DNA of 38,933 bases from Octopus bimaculoides (Eukaryota). Position 1 is the first letter of the stretch, and the number at the start of each line of letters is the position of its first letter. The stretch lies in assembly GCF_001194135.2 (NCBI RefSeq), contig NC_068982.1:111709398-111748330 (forward strand), in the 5' to 3' direction. The position numbers and the translations under genes are program-made. Positions 21,734-34,879 of the stretch are shown piece by piece. The notes under the pieces were generated by a model that ran no database searches, was not told the origin of the DNA, and worked only from the letters and a program-made list of their open reading frames with translations.

Positions 21734-21891
21734 ATAGGGCATCGTATTTTAGTCTGGTTACATTTTTTATAGGGGTTTTATATGTTTAGTGTTTTTGGGT
21801 GTGGAAGTGTCTGAACCCTTAAGCCCACGTGTGGGCCTATATGCGTATGTGTGTTCATTTGTGTATGTTTTGCTTAAACTCACTGTTGGGT
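21655..21891 (+). repeat. Copy 1 of a direct duplication ((CT)n plus 162 nt unique)
   Basis: 21730-21891 is identical to 23821-23982. Confidence 0.95.
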
Positions 21892-21924
21892 GCAATAATT
21901 CTACAGAATTTTTCTTTGACGAAC

Positions 21925-22569
21925 NNNNNNNNNNNNNNNNNNNNNNNNNNNNNNNNNNNNNNNNNNNNNNNNNNNNNNNNNNNNNNNNNNNNNNNNNNNN
22001 NNNNNNNNNNNNNNNNNNNNNNNNNNNNNNNNNNNNNNNNNNNNNNNNNNNNNNNNNNNNNNNNNNNNNNNNNNNNNNNNNNNNNNNNNNNNNNNNNNNN
22101 NNNNNNNNNNNNNNNNNNNNNNNNNNNNNNNNNNNNNNNNNNNNNNNNNNNNNNNNNNNNNNNNNNNNNNNNNNNNNNNNNNNNNNNNNNNNNNNNNNNN
22201 NNNNNNNNNNNNNNNNNNNNNNNNNNNNNNNNNNNNNNNNNNNNNNNNNNNNNNNNNNNNNNNNNNNNNNNNNNNNNNNNNNNNNNNNNNNNNNNNNNNN
22301 NNNNNNNNNNNNNNNNNNNNNNNNNNNNNNNNNNNNNNNNNNNNNNNNNNNNNNNNNNNNNNNNNNNNNNNNNNNNNNNNNNNNNNNNNNNNNNNNNNNN
22401 NNNNNNNNNNNNNNNNNNNNNNNNNNNNNNNNNNNNNNNNNNNNNNNNNNNNNNNNNNNNNNNNNNNNNNNNNNNNNNNNNNNNNNNNNNNNNNNNNNNN
22501 NNNNNNNNNNNNNNNNNNNNNNNNNNNNNNNNNNNNNNNNNNNNNNNNNNNNNNNNNNNNNNNNNNNNN
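21925..22569. other. Assembly gap
   Basis: N run. Confidence 1.
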
Positions 22570-22954
22570 TATATATATATATATATATATGCTCTATTAG
22601 GGCTGCACAGGATGATACAACAACAATAACAATAACAGTGGTAGTTTATCTATGATATATCTTTCTATATTCGACAAAATATATTTCTGTTCACGAGAAA
22701 ACCTATTGGAGCAGACGTAATAATCTATTATTCTATGATACATTTTTATGATGTTTCAGAAGATTAATTTAACGCTTCAATAAATTGTCTATTAGGACTT
22801 GGTTATTTTCACCAGCCTTCAGCAAAATACATACATATATATAGACAAAAAGCTGACAAAATTAAAATTACATAAATTTTAATACATTGTCAGAGATACA
22901 GAAAAAGATATCTAATGATTAAGCAAACGGATTATAATTTAAATATAATGTGCA

Positions 22955-22962
22955 TGTATATA

Positions 22963-22998
<36 letters not shown>

Positions 22999-23069
22999 TG
23001 TATGTATGTATGTATGTATGTATGTATGTATGTATGTATGTATGTATGTATCTATCTATCTATCTATCA

Positions 23070-23146
<77 letters not shown>

Positions 23147-23162
23147 GCTAGCTAGCTAGCTA
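22955..23162. repeat. (TATG)n(TATC)n(TAGC)n compound microsatellite
   Basis: Directly visible. Confidence 0.95.
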
Positions 23163-23251
23163 CACACACCTATAAAACATATATGTAATATATGAAACAT
23201 AAATATATCTATATTCATACATACGTACATATATGTATACCTACCTACCTA

Positions 23252-23284
<33 letters not shown>

Positions 23285-23763
23285 NNNNNNNNNNNNNNNN
23301 NNNNNNNNNNNNNNNNNNNNNNNNNNNNNNNNNNNNNNNNNNNNNNNNNNNNNNNNNNNNNNNNNNNNNNNNNNNNNNNNNNNNNNNNNNNNNNNNNNNN
23401 NNNNNNNNNNNNNNNNNNNNNNNNNNNNNNNNNNNNNNNNNNNNNNNNNNNNNNNNNNNNNNNNNNNNNNNNNNNNNNNNNNNNNNNNNNNNNNNNNNNN
23501 NNNNNNNNNNNNNNNNNNNNNNNNNNNNNNNNNNNNNNNNNNNNNNNNNNNNNNNNNNNNNNNNNNNNNNNNNNNNNNNNNNNNNNNNNNNNNNNNNNNN
23601 NNNNNNNNNNNNNNNNNNNNNNNNNNNNNNNNNNNNNNNNNNNNNNNNNNNNNNNNNNNNNNNNNNNNNNNNNNNNNNNNNNNNNNNNNNNNNNNNNNNN
23701 NNNNNNNNNNNNNNNNNNNNNNNNNNNNNNNNNNNNNNNNNNNNNNNNNNNNNNNNNNNNNNN
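23285..23763. other. Assembly gap
   Basis: N run. Confidence 1.
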
Positions 23764-23824
<61 letters not shown>

Positions 23825-23982
23825 ATAGGGCATCGTATTTTAGTCTGGTTACATTTTTTATAGGGGTTTTATATGTTTAGTGTTTTTGGGTGTGGAAGTG
23901 TCTGAACCCTTAAGCCCACGTGTGGGCCTATATGCGTATGTGTGTTCATTTGTGTATGTTTTGCTTAAACTCACTGTTGGGT
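23764..23982 (+). repeat. Copy 2 of the direct duplication
   Basis: See 21655-21891. Confidence 0.95.
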
Positions 23983-24609
23983 TCTCAGAATATAAGAGAG
24001 CCGAAGGTGGAGAACTTAGTAATTATAATCATGGTGCGGCCCGCAGATAAGATAATATATATCCCCTCTCATGTAGGGAAGCGCTAAAAGTCTCGTTCTT
24101 GCAGTTTTAAGTACGTGGCCGTGTGTTAAGAATTTTTTTAATGATTCTTTTTTCGGCAAAACGTAATCTGCATTATCTGCTGATACTAAAATAAAGCTTG
24201 CAATTTTTAAAGATTTTTCACTCGATGTTGTACTACGTGGCGCTTTTCTTTAGCGACCAAACATGCCTAACTAAGGCTATGATATTATATCGCTCCTGGA
24301 TATTGAACGAACACATATGGTTATTGAGTATGGTTCTCTTAGGACCTTCTGTCGCAATAACATAATTTCGCACGTTTGGCTGCCCATTGGGGCCTTTTGA
24401 TGTTACCTCTGCCTCATGTACGACTGTCTCCGTGTTACAGTGGTCGTTAAGGGGAATGTGGTGGTGCCTCTGCCTAAGCATCCTGCTTCTCTTTCAGATG
24501 CGGGCCTCCCAACCAGTTTCTTCTTTACACTAGGTGTACTGCTAAATGAAACTCTTTAAGTGCGCATATTAAGATTTTTACTGAGCCTATTTGTACAAAT
24601 ATTAGGTGA

Positions 24610-24612
24610 TTA

Positions 24613-24663
<51 letters not shown>

Positions 24664-24686
24664 GTATACATACATATATATATATA

Positions 24687-24718
<32 letters not shown>

Positions 24719-24727
24719 CATATACAT
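24610..24727. repeat. (TA)n/(TACA)n microsatellite
   Basis: Directly visible. Confidence 0.95.
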
Positions 24728-25074
24728 GTCTCTAGAAGATCACTCTGATATAAAATCAGGTATGCAGGGAATGACATTGGCCATTTTGGGGATCTTTGGT
24801 TTGTGCTAGAGATCATGGCACTCCCACATCCCTGAGCCTGCACCAGACATCTTGCTCTGGCTTGTCTCTGGATAATGTGAATAAAGTGGAGAGAGTCTAT
24901 GAGGTTTCGTGCAAGCCTTATTGGACCTAAAACTCTGCACAGGCATTGCTGATCTCTGCTCGATATGCGCTTTCCCCCCTATATATATTTATTTTATTTT
25001 TAGCATATATGTATCTTTAATTTTAGTAAATATTTATATATTTTTAGTATATTTTTATTTTATTTTTTATTTGG

Positions 25075-25560
25075 AAGTCTTGCGGCGATGGGAAGGGGGT
25101 GAAGCATGCAGACCTGACGGGTTAGAAGCATGTAGTCAGCGACCTGCACGTAGGCGGCTCATGCTAGATATAAAGTCGTCTCCTTGTCGCCCAAGTCAGC
25201 GGTAGGATTCGGTTGCTGCATGGGTGTCTGAGCAGCTCCAATTGGAGAGGGCACTCCTCACCTAGAGGCCGGGTCGGTTCTAGAAATGGTGAACCAAAAA
25301 TTGCCTGTCTTTCTATATCTGGTCAGTTTAGCGCTACTAACGGATGTCCACCCAGCGCTCGAAAAACAAAGAGACTTTTATTTACAAAACCTAGATGGAA
25401 CTTAAACATTTCATGCTGGAATGTGCGCACTCCGTTGGATAACAAGAGTGATTGTAGGCTTCAAAGACGCACTGCACTTGTTGCTCGCGAGCTGAATCGT
25501 TATAACATTGATATAGCTGCACTTTCAGAGATTCGTATAGAAAGTGATGGTCAGAAACTG
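25075..25560 (+). mobile_element. 5' fragment of an RTE-clade LINE (leader plus N-terminus of APE endonuclease)
   Basis: LNISCWNVRTPLDNKSDCRLQRRTALVARELNRYNIDIAALSEIR is the characteristic RTE/BovB-like endonuclease start; truncated immediately after. Confidence 0.88.
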
Positions 25561-25649
25561 ACAAATATTTGACAGTTTTAAGTTCTACTTCAATATGATT
25601 CTTAAGATATTTTGCCATCAACAGAACAATTTCTTAGTAGATGGTAGTG

Positions 25650-26080
25650 ACAGGAGCGGCTGCTTACCATTTCCGGGATTGCGAAATACTTTCAATTATG
25701 CAATAAGTTCCATAATTCCCAAAGAATTCCATTACGCTTTGATCCTATGATCTCTTCACTGCCCCTAAAAGCCAGGCTCTCTCGGCTAGAAATATTATCA
25801 CGGCCACAACACAGCGCAATATTTTGAGTCCAATATTTCTTGTTTTGTTGCACTTGTTTTTCTAATACATGATTAACGTGAGAACATTCCTTATATAAAA
25901 TATTGAACAACAGCACAGAATCTCTATGGCCTTGGATTTGTTCATGAGTTTTCATGTTCTCTGTGCATTTTGTCAGTTCAAATCACCATTCAAAGCAATT
26001 AGCTGCACTTATTGACAGCCTGTACTTTCTCAAATGTTGCTTGCCATTGTCATGAATAATTTACAACACTGAATTTCCAA
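25650..26080 (-). mobile_element. Decayed hAT transposase fragment (ZMYM1/DUF4371-like region)
   Basis: Across frameshifts: THEQIQGHRDS...KKYWT..ILRCVVAVIIFLAER..LAFRGSEEIIGSKRNG..LGIMELIA. Confidence 0.8.
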
Positions 26081-27619
26081 AATAGTAACAGTACCGATCT
26101 AGTTTGCCTTCTTCCCCTCTTTTATAATGGAGTCAAGATTCTGGGTAGGAGAATAGTTGACATAACTGATTTTGACTGAAAAAAAAAAAAACATAAATAC
26201 CTTCATCATCTTTAATATCTTGGGCTTATATGATATGTTATCTTATTTTTGCAGATGTACTTGAGAGTGCGACTAGTTTCTCAAAAGAGACATCTGTTAT
26301 TGATTCTTCATTAGCTTCTAAGTTTTTCGAAACAAAAAAAAAAAAAGAAAGAAAAAGAAGAAAAAATTCTGCAAGGAGTTCTTTGGAAAATTTTCTGGGG
26401 ATAGCTGAATATTCCGTAGTATTCTAATTTGCTTGATGAAACCTAAATATGAAACCTAAATAATCTCAAACCTACAAAAAAACAGGAACTGATAAGAGCC
26501 ATGTAAACTCACTTCGTTTAATCCAGTCACAAGCACACTAAGCCGGGTAGTTTATGCATACTTCTGTTACACTTACGTCCAGGGCAGAGAAGTAAACTTG
26601 CAGCCAAAGTAAATCGAATTCAAGCGATTAGCAAGAAACCGAGGATTACGGATTAAGGATTTTGTTGCCATTGAATTGCTTTTCTTCCAAATTATGTTTC
26701 GCTTTCATGGGGCCCTGGAAACAAAGAAGTGTCATAAACGCTTTAGAAAAATGATAGGTTTGAAAATAAACTGTGTATTTCACAAATCCCTCTAGACTTC
26801 AAATAATCAAGTAACGACATTTGAACCTACAACTCTACTTTTATTTTTGCTAATAAAAATGGCGTCTGCAGATGCAATCGATCGAATCATTTTGTGAGGA
26901 AAGAAGTATTGTGATGTATTTTGGATTGCAATTGAGATTTTTTGTCCTTAGTGGCCTACTTAAGCTTATTTTTTTAATGCTTTTTTTTTATTTTTCCGAT
27001 CTTTTAAAACCCACCTATTTACGAATAAGAACTTATAGGATTAGACATCCACTGAAATAACAACCAATGTTCAACAGAGATGGTTGAAAATTGATGGTCA
27101 TAGACAAATGGAAAAATAAAGTTGAAAAATAACACCGGCAACAGTGACGGGTACTAAATTACGCTCATCTTTGCGAAAGTAACACGAAAATAGCAATAAC
27201 AACAAATTGGTGGATCAGTATCTCGGGAGACTGATTGACATACATAGAATTTTGTAGAAATATTTTTCCATTGTTAGTAAAGTAATTTCAGCAGTTTGAC
27301 GAACTGAAATGATGATGGCGAAAAGTATAGAAAAGCAAAAAAACGAATTAGTTTTGGTTTAATGAAAAACAAAGATTTGAGCAAGTCGTATTCCAAAGTT
27401 GAAAGACAGGAAAACCGTTTTTATCTGTGGCGTGATGTTGCGTGAAAGTGATAATTTAATAATTAAAACTAAATTAAAAATCAAAAATTCTGTGAAGCTG
27501 TACAGCCATACCATTTTGTCGTAAATATATTGACCAGCGTACCAAAATCCTTCAGTGTTGAACAGAATAATTAAATTTCGGGAGTGGGAATATATGTAAG
27601 TGCGTGTCTGTCTGTTTAT

Positions 27620-27669
27620 TTGTGTGTGTGTGCGTGTGTGCGCGCGTGCGTGCATGCATGCGCGCGCGC

Positions 27670-27708
<39 letters not shown>

Positions 27709-27723
27709 TGTGTGTATGTGTGT

Positions 27724-27762
<39 letters not shown>

Positions 27763-27777
27763 TGTGTGTATGTGTGT

Positions 27778-27820
<43 letters not shown>

Positions 27821-27830
27821 TGTGCACGTG
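27620..27830. repeat. (TG)n/(CG)n compound microsatellite
   Basis: Directly visible. Confidence 0.95.
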
Positions 27831-27910
27831 CGTGTTTTAATAGCTAGTATAAATACCTGAAATTGACGGGTCATTCCAGGGCCATAAGCAGAAAAAAAAC
27901 TTTTCCGTCC

Positions 27911-27961
<51 letters not shown>
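27911..27961. repeat. (ATCT)n microsatellite
   Basis: Directly visible. Confidence 0.95.
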
Positions 27962-28489
27962 ACGAACAGAGAGATATCTAGATTGGTAGAAACCATCGTT
28001 TTTGTTCTTTTTCCTCTTTTCGTTAATATTCCTTTTTCAGCCATCCGTTCTTTTATTCCCAAGGGATTTAAACTGCTTTTGGACGACTGGGTACTTTAGG
28101 ATTGAATAACCACTAATGTTAAAATGGAAAAAATATGGCATTTTTATTTTAAGAAGAAAGTTTAAGCAGATTTTTTAAGAACTAGATCGGGGAGACACTC
28201 TTCAAGGCAAACTGATGGATGAGTGGGGCAAGGTCCACTATACGTGAAAGCCCCCACCCCGATATGAGTGAGCCGAGGCAGTTTCCCCTTTTGCTTCCCC
28301 CATAAATCCGCCTATGTTTATAATTATATCAGAGTCTTCAGAAAATTGATCAGAATCTCTTGAGATTAAAAGAAAAGTCATTCTTAAAGATGACACTTTT
28401 ACTGAGGTTGACAACACGATAATTGAGGCCCGCTTTACTTTTAAAAGAAAGGAGACGTGATAAATGTTCATATAAAGCTGGATAAAGCT

Positions 28490-28700
28490 GCATAAATGTT
28501 CATATGAAAGAAATTGTTGTATACAGTGCTCAGGTGAACTACACCTAAGAAAAAATATATAAGTAAAAGCCATCGGGTGGTGGATTTCAAGAAGCATGGA
28601 AGTTTTGAAGGTTGAAATGTTTCAACAGCTAACAACTGATGCGGGTGGTTTATTCCATGCTTCAACAATTTTGAGCATGAAAAAATGTTTCAGAAAGTCA
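28490..28700 (-). mobile_element. 3' end of a CR1/L2-type LINE
   Basis: Minus strand FFMLKIVEAWNKPPASVVSC...FKTSML matches the FFxxRVVxxWNxLP...F terminal motif. Confidence 0.7.
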
Positions 28701-28719
28701 TGGGTGCTGTGTTGTTTTT

Positions 28720-28925
28720 TGCGAATCAAAGTTGGTAGGACCAAAGTGATAATCATTGTATGAGAATACAACTGCTTCGATAACACAATGTATCACTGTG
28801 GTAACGAACCACAAACTATGAAATACTTGTTGAGATGCACTTCCATGTAAGATCCATGCACTTCTGCTGTGCTTGAAAGGTACAAAGAAAGTCTAGAGAA
28901 TGTGAGGTGAACTCGATAAAAAGAA
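28720..28925 (+). mobile_element. 3' end of a second LINE with a C-terminal Cys/His finger
   Basis: RIKVGRT...YHCGNEPQTMKYLLRC resembles the CxCG..xQTxxHLLxC motif; clade not resolved. Confidence 0.5.
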
Positions 28926-29116
28926 GACAGTGTATAAGGAAAGAAACATTTCTTATTCAAACTTTATTTTGAATCAGTGGGCGTTGTTAAACGTCCAATG
29001 GATTGAAATGAATTTTAATTGAAGTGTTGAACATCTATTTTTTAAACTACTAAAGAACTAGAATTATCTTTCCATGTATCAATATTCTATAAATATGTAC
29101 TATATAAATGAGAGTA

Positions 29117-29390
29117 TGAAGGCGCGTGGTCTAGTCGTTAGACTCTTGCACTCATGATTTAGCGAACATGAGTTCGATTCCCAGACTGGGCGGTGTTCTG
29201 TTTTGTGGGCAAAGTACCATATTTCACGTTGCTCAAGTCCACCTTTCGATCAGAGGGAAATGTTCGCCTGCTCACCTAGCCAACAGGGTGGCATTATTCT
29301 AAGGCTAAAATGATGCAAAGCACATTGTGAGAAGCGATGTGTAACAACATTTGATAGCCTGGTAGATAATGTGATCATATGATATAATTA
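29117..29390 (+). mobile_element. tRNA-headed SINE (family C)
   Basis: GAAGGCGCGTGGTCTAGTCGTTAG...GAGTTCGATTCCC...ATTTCACGTTGCTC; homologous to 5275-5520. Confidence 0.7.
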
Positions 29391-30212
29391 TGAGTATCTA
29401 TAGATTAAAAATTCCCTGGTAATTGGCCACGGTCTTTGTCTCATACCTTATAAAGGCTTTATTGCAAAGAGAAGAAATAGCTGTTTCGGAATTGACTCTT
29501 CGTCTGAGAGAGTTTAAACACTTATTTCGCCTCTTTCAACTAAAGATTTAGTCTTGAAATCTGAGATCGTTCTTTCCCCGCTTTATGTCAACATACCTAC
29601 ACGTATGTACAGTACTGAATATCTGTAAGAATATATATAGGCATAAACAAAATATATAAAATTTGTTAGCATATCAACACTACATATGTATATGCTTTGA
29701 AAAAAATTCTCCTTTACTCTCTCTCGTTGCTCACACGTGACCATCATCCATCTTTCTTTTCCTCACGTGATCATCCTTCTTTTCTTTCAGGGCTGTCCTA
29801 AGGACTGAACGTATCCTATATCTCTGTCTTCTATCTTATCTCTTGTCAAAGAAAATATTTCTCCAGCGTTCGCTATTTTACTCTCGTTCTGGTCTAACGA
29901 CCCTCTATGTTTCTTTTCGTTCGCTTTCCTTACATATCTCCACTGTCCTGTCCTTGTTCCCAACTTTGTCCCTCTATAAATCCCAAATTTTATTTTGGTA
30001 CTTATGGGAGCAGCTGTATTCGAAGGCTCATATTGTTGTTCAGTGCTCCAAATAAGGAGTAGATTAGACAACAGACAACTGATGAAGTGTCGTTCTTTAT
30101 GTTACTTGTCTTGTTTTCCATTTGTTTCTCTCGTTGTTTGCGTATTGCATTCATTTGTTTTTGTATTTCATGTTGCTTAATTTCGGTAACGTCTTGTACC
30201 TATGTATGCATG

Positions 30213-30370
30213 NNNNNNNNNNNNNNNNNNNNNNNNNNNNNNNNNNNNNNNNNNNNNNNNNNNNNNNNNNNNNNNNNNNNNNNNNNNNNNNNNNNNNNNN
30301 NNNNNNNNNNNNNNNNNNNNNNNNNNNNNNNNNNNNNNNNNNNNNNNNNNNNNNNNNNNNNNNNNNNNNN
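30213..30370. other. Assembly gap
   Basis: N run. Confidence 1.
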
Positions 30371-30582
30371 ACTCACAAAGGCAAAAACAAGAAGAAAAAA
30401 ACAACGAAAAACTAACCATTCCGAAGGTTAACAGTAGACGCGTTCCTGGATTATGATTGATACTCAATTTCCTTCATCAATACTGTATTCCAGCAGTAAA
30501 TTTGACTATATATATACATATATTTTTATATATGACGTTGACCACTAACGTGGACATTCAATGTTCTAGAAATAGATCACAT

Positions 30583-30623
<41 letters not shown>

Positions 30624-30766
30624 GTGTGTGTGTGTGTGTATATATATATATTTGCATATTCATATATATATATATATGCATATATGTATATATATATGCA
30701 TATATATATGTATATATTATTTATATTATTATTTGACTGAACGCCACGCATCCGTTTCCAAGTAAG

Positions 30767-30806
<40 letters not shown>

Positions 30807-30845
30807 GCTATCTATCTATCAATACATACATACATACATACATAT

Positions 30846-30984
30846 AGGCGCAGGCGTGGCTGTGTGGTAAGAAGCTTACTTTACAACCACATGGTTTCGG
30901 GTTCAGTCCCATTGCTTGGCACCTTGGGCAAGTGTCTTCTACTATAGTCTCACGCCAACCAAAGCCTTGTGAGTGGATTTGGTA
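30846..30984 (+). mobile_element. SINE family A, 5' part with a small internal deletion
   Basis: Matches family A to GGATTTGGTA, then jumps to CCCATCGTA; the GACGGAAACTGAAAGAAG block is missing. Confidence 0.85.
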
Positions 30985-31429
30985 CCCATCGTACACGTAT
31001 ACACACACACACAAACATATATAAGTATCTCTCTCTCTCTCTCTCTCTCTATCTATTTATCTGTCTACCTATCTAACTAGCTGTCTTTATGGCAAAATGT
31101 AATCTAGGATATGCTTTTTCTGATAAGCTTACATTTTAAACTTAGAAGACTGGAAACAAATCAGATTGAACCCATTTTCTTTGACCATGAAGCGATAAAA
31201 ACTTAATTGCATTTCAGAGCGAGGCTACATTAGTACATTTATTGAAAGATATACCTTACAGTGCGTTCTGAGTTATATATGTATGTATGTATATATGTGA
31301 AACGGTGTGTTGTCAACTTTTAATTAAGAAATTAATATATATACGAAGAGTGTTACAAAAGTTTTGAACCTTTTTTCAGTCATGCCATTTTAAGAATTTG
31401 GGTATATGGGTATAAAACATTTAGAACAT

Positions 31430-31444
31430 TTCTCGTGTGTGTGT

Positions 31445-31483
<39 letters not shown>

Positions 31484-32125
31484 AGTATACATATATATAC
31501 ATGCGTACATGTACATACATACAAACGTACATACATACATACATGCATACATACACACATACATACATATATACATACATACATCATACATACATAAATA
31601 CATACTTGCATAAGTACGTACATACAGACATACATAGATAGATAGATACATACATACATATATACATACATACATACATTCGTACATTCATACAATGATA
31701 TACGACTGTAGAACTGAACGAATACGCGAATGGATTATCTATGTTGCATTTGTATTTATGTCTACATATATATTTAATTTTATATGGTTACATTATATAT
31801 GCATACTTATATTCATACATACGTACAAGCATACATAAATACACACATGCGTACACACACACGCTGACACACACACGCTGACACACACGCGCACACAGAT
31901 ACCCACACATTCATGTATGTATATATGTATGTGTGTGTGTTTGTATATGTTTGCATGTGTGTGAATTGATACGAATATGTGCATACACAAGCACGCGCAA
32001 ACATATATACATGTGCATACAAACACACCTATTCATATATACATATGTATATGCACTCCCTATATATATATATATATTCACTTTCATATATATACATATA
32101 TACATACATACATACATAGATACAA
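31430..32125. repeat. Long compound (TG)/(TACA)/(CA) low-complexity region
   Basis: Directly visible; source of many spurious ORFs. Confidence 0.9.
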
Positions 32126-32938
32126 ATTATTTAAAAATACCTATTTATGTATATTGTTTTGTAAAATGTGTTTGATGAATGAAAAATATTTTTAGAAATC
32201 CTCTACAAAGAAATCGTATAAAATGTTTGATTCAGTTCCAAAAGACTGTGCTTATGCCAAATTACCTTTACATTAGAAGTCTTTGGACGATTGTAATGCC
32301 TACAAATACATCGGAATTTGATTAGAGTGATACATTTTTCTAGATGCAGTTCTGAAACAGTATGGAAATTGAATAAAAGAAACAAAAAAGAAAATTAGAA
32401 AATTAGAAAATAGAAAAGAAAAGCAAAATATCTATATAAAAATGTTCCCAAGTTTCTGTTAACTTTTGCTGTTTGGTTGATTGCACTATAAAGTATGATC
32501 CGTGTCATTGTCAGTAATTTATGTGCTGTTTCTGATAATGATAGTGATGGTGGTGGTGGTAGTGGTTGTGATGGCGGTAGCTGTGCTGGCAGTGGTGATA
32601 TGGCGAGAAGGGGTTTGTGTTTTGACGGCGAGCAGATGTAGTGGGTTTTGTTTGGTCACGCCTTTCCCTAACTCGGTAACTAATCATGCTGCTCTGAAGT
32701 CAGCCCTGATAAAACGTGTATCAGCTGGGCTACCCTGTCTTTTAAAATCAGATGTAATGTAGTAATGTATCGAAGACTAACCACATTATCCAATGTAACG
32801 TTTCGCTTTTTTTTTTAAGATGGCGACGTAAGATATGGGGATAAATAACTTGTGTTTTTTTTTCTAGCAGAGCAAAGTTACCTATTGTTTTATTAGTGGT
32901 CCTTTTACTGACAAGTTCACTCCTTAAATATTCTGTAG

Positions 32939-33121
32939 TGGCGTTCAAAGGGAGGCGAAGTGCAAGTTGAATTCCCAGCACTCTTACAATGAATCCATAG
33001 AAACTCTGCAGACATGGAATGCAAGCATTCCATTTTGGGAAAAAAACTGGTATATGAAGTTCTTTCAGCGGACAAAGCCAATTTTTCCCATCCTGGATTC
33101 AGTTGCAGACCGTGGTGCAAT
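32939..33121 (+). CDS. Candidate internal coding exon of an unidentified gene
   Basis: TACTGAC branch-like site at 32906-32912, TTCTGTAG acceptor, 183-nt phase 2-2 open frame (GVQREAKCKLNSQHSYNESIETLQTWNASIPFWEKNWYMKFFQRTKPIFPILDSVADRGA), modest AT|GTAAAT donor. No homology recognised. Confidence 0.2.
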
Positions 33122-33841
33122 GTAAATAAAACATGAGTACCTCTTGTCTACAGTTTTGTCAAACTATCACAGCCACTACCGACAGGGCAACACAATTGGT
33201 AGAACGTCCGATTGGGGAATGCCCTGAGATTTGATGAGAAAACAATTTTTTTTTCCAAGATGGAGAATTAAGAATAATTTATGAACATCCTTCGTGTAAT
33301 TCAGCTATTGATGAGTTGTAGAAGTTCGGAAGATATATAACCAACACTCATGAAGTGAAGACTGGAAAATGTTTGCAGTACTGGAAGAATTACTAAAATA
33401 TCTCCCGGTACGGAGATGGGTTAAATGCTTTTTGGTGTTTAGTTAGGCCCCTTTACTGTAATAGTTTAAACCTAAAATATGCGGCTTTGTATCTAGCTTA
33501 GAATTTATTTTCCCCCTCCTTCACTATTATACACATCATTATGTTATAAATGTTATGAATGCGTATATAAATTTAATTCTATCCTGGTCCGATTTCGCAC
33601 GAATCAGTGAATGTTTTGTTTACCGATTTCTATACTGGGACGAATGGTTTTCTGCTTGGTTCAGAACGACCGGGAGCATTCGTTACCGATACCAAATCTG
33701 GTCGAATACTGTGTCTGACAATCCGCCGACGACGTTCTGAGTTCGCTCTGAACTTTTTTTAATACACAAGTCTCTCAGAAGTTTCTCTGTCACAAAATAT
33801 TCTTGCACCGTACTAAATTTATAGATACATTATAAATGTTA

Positions 33842-34879
33842 TGAGGTTAGGCTGAAGAGTTCATAGGCTGACTGTGATGGAATGATGTTAGAGCAGTGAA
33901 ATCTTTCATGCATTAACTTCAGCTCTTCGTATTAATGACTGCATTGTTTCTTTCTAACTAAACTGACATCCGAATCTTCAAAGAAGACTTCAAATGTAAC
34001 CAGTTGAGATATCTCTGGAAAATGGACAAAATTTGACATCGTGGTGTTAACAAGTACTAGCAGATAAAGTGTTTAGCCCCAAGGACATTCGTGTTGACAT
34101 GGTTACTCCAGCTTTATCAAAAGTTCAGCTGAACAAAAGTGGGCAGCTGAATTTAGGAGGGGAACAGAAAGCTTGAAGATGATTCAAAGTCTGGACGTCC
34201 TGCAACTGCCAACACCGAAGGAAACATTAATCGTGTTCACCATATACTGATGAGTAACAGACTATTGACTATAAATCAAACAGTCAATGCTATTAGCATA
34301 TCCTGTGACTGAATTGAGAATATTTTGTACAATGAAGTTGACATGACGAAGGTTTTTGCTCGGTGGGTGCTACGTCTTCTGTTACCTGATCAAAAGTGCA
34401 CCAAGCTAATTAAATCACAGGAACACCTGACACTATCTAAAGCAGACCTAGCTGGTTTCCTTGAATATTTCTTAAGCCAGGATGAATGTTGGCTTCATTA
34501 CCTTGAACCAGAGACAAAGAGACAATCCATGCAGTGTAAACACCCCTCCTCACCTGCTCTAAAGAAAGCCAAGTTCGTTTCGTATACAGGAAAGGTGATG
34601 GCATCAGTTTCTTGGGATGTTAAAGGTATTGCGTTTATTGACTATCTTCAAAAAGGCCACTCTATCAATGGAGAGTACTATGCCAATTTGCTGAAGCAGT
34701 TACGAAAGGCACTCAAGACCAAGCGCCCAGGAAAGCTGACGAACGGAGTTTTGTTTCATCAGGACAATGCTCCAGCACACAAGTCCTTGCTTTCAATAGC
34801 AGTTTTGCGTGACTGTAGCTTTGAACTGGTTGATCACCCTTCCTATTTTCATGATTTCGCCCCATCTGACTACCATCTT
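33842..34879 (+). mobile_element. 3'-truncated mariner (irritans/Himar1-Hsmar2-like) with left TIR
   Basis: TA-TGAGGTTAGGCTGAAGAGTTCATAGG terminus; broken N-terminus from ATG 34022; then ARWVLRLL, QDECWLH, GKVMASVSWD, HQDNAPAH and APSDYHL with 34 residues between the second and third Asp. Confidence 0.92.

Noticed and set aside
27359-27600. Hydrophobic minus-strand ORF tail (GFWYAGQYIYDKMVW...)
   Set aside because: No acceptor or start other than the microsatellite; no family recognised.
29720-30200. Pyrimidine-rich LTR-like or other interspersed repeat
   Set aside because: Looks repeat-derived, but no termini or second copy can be shown in this window.
769-32195. Numerous ORFs of LSLS, YIYI, CVCV, THTH or poly-X type
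   Set aside because: They are translations of microsatellites or N-gaps, not genes.
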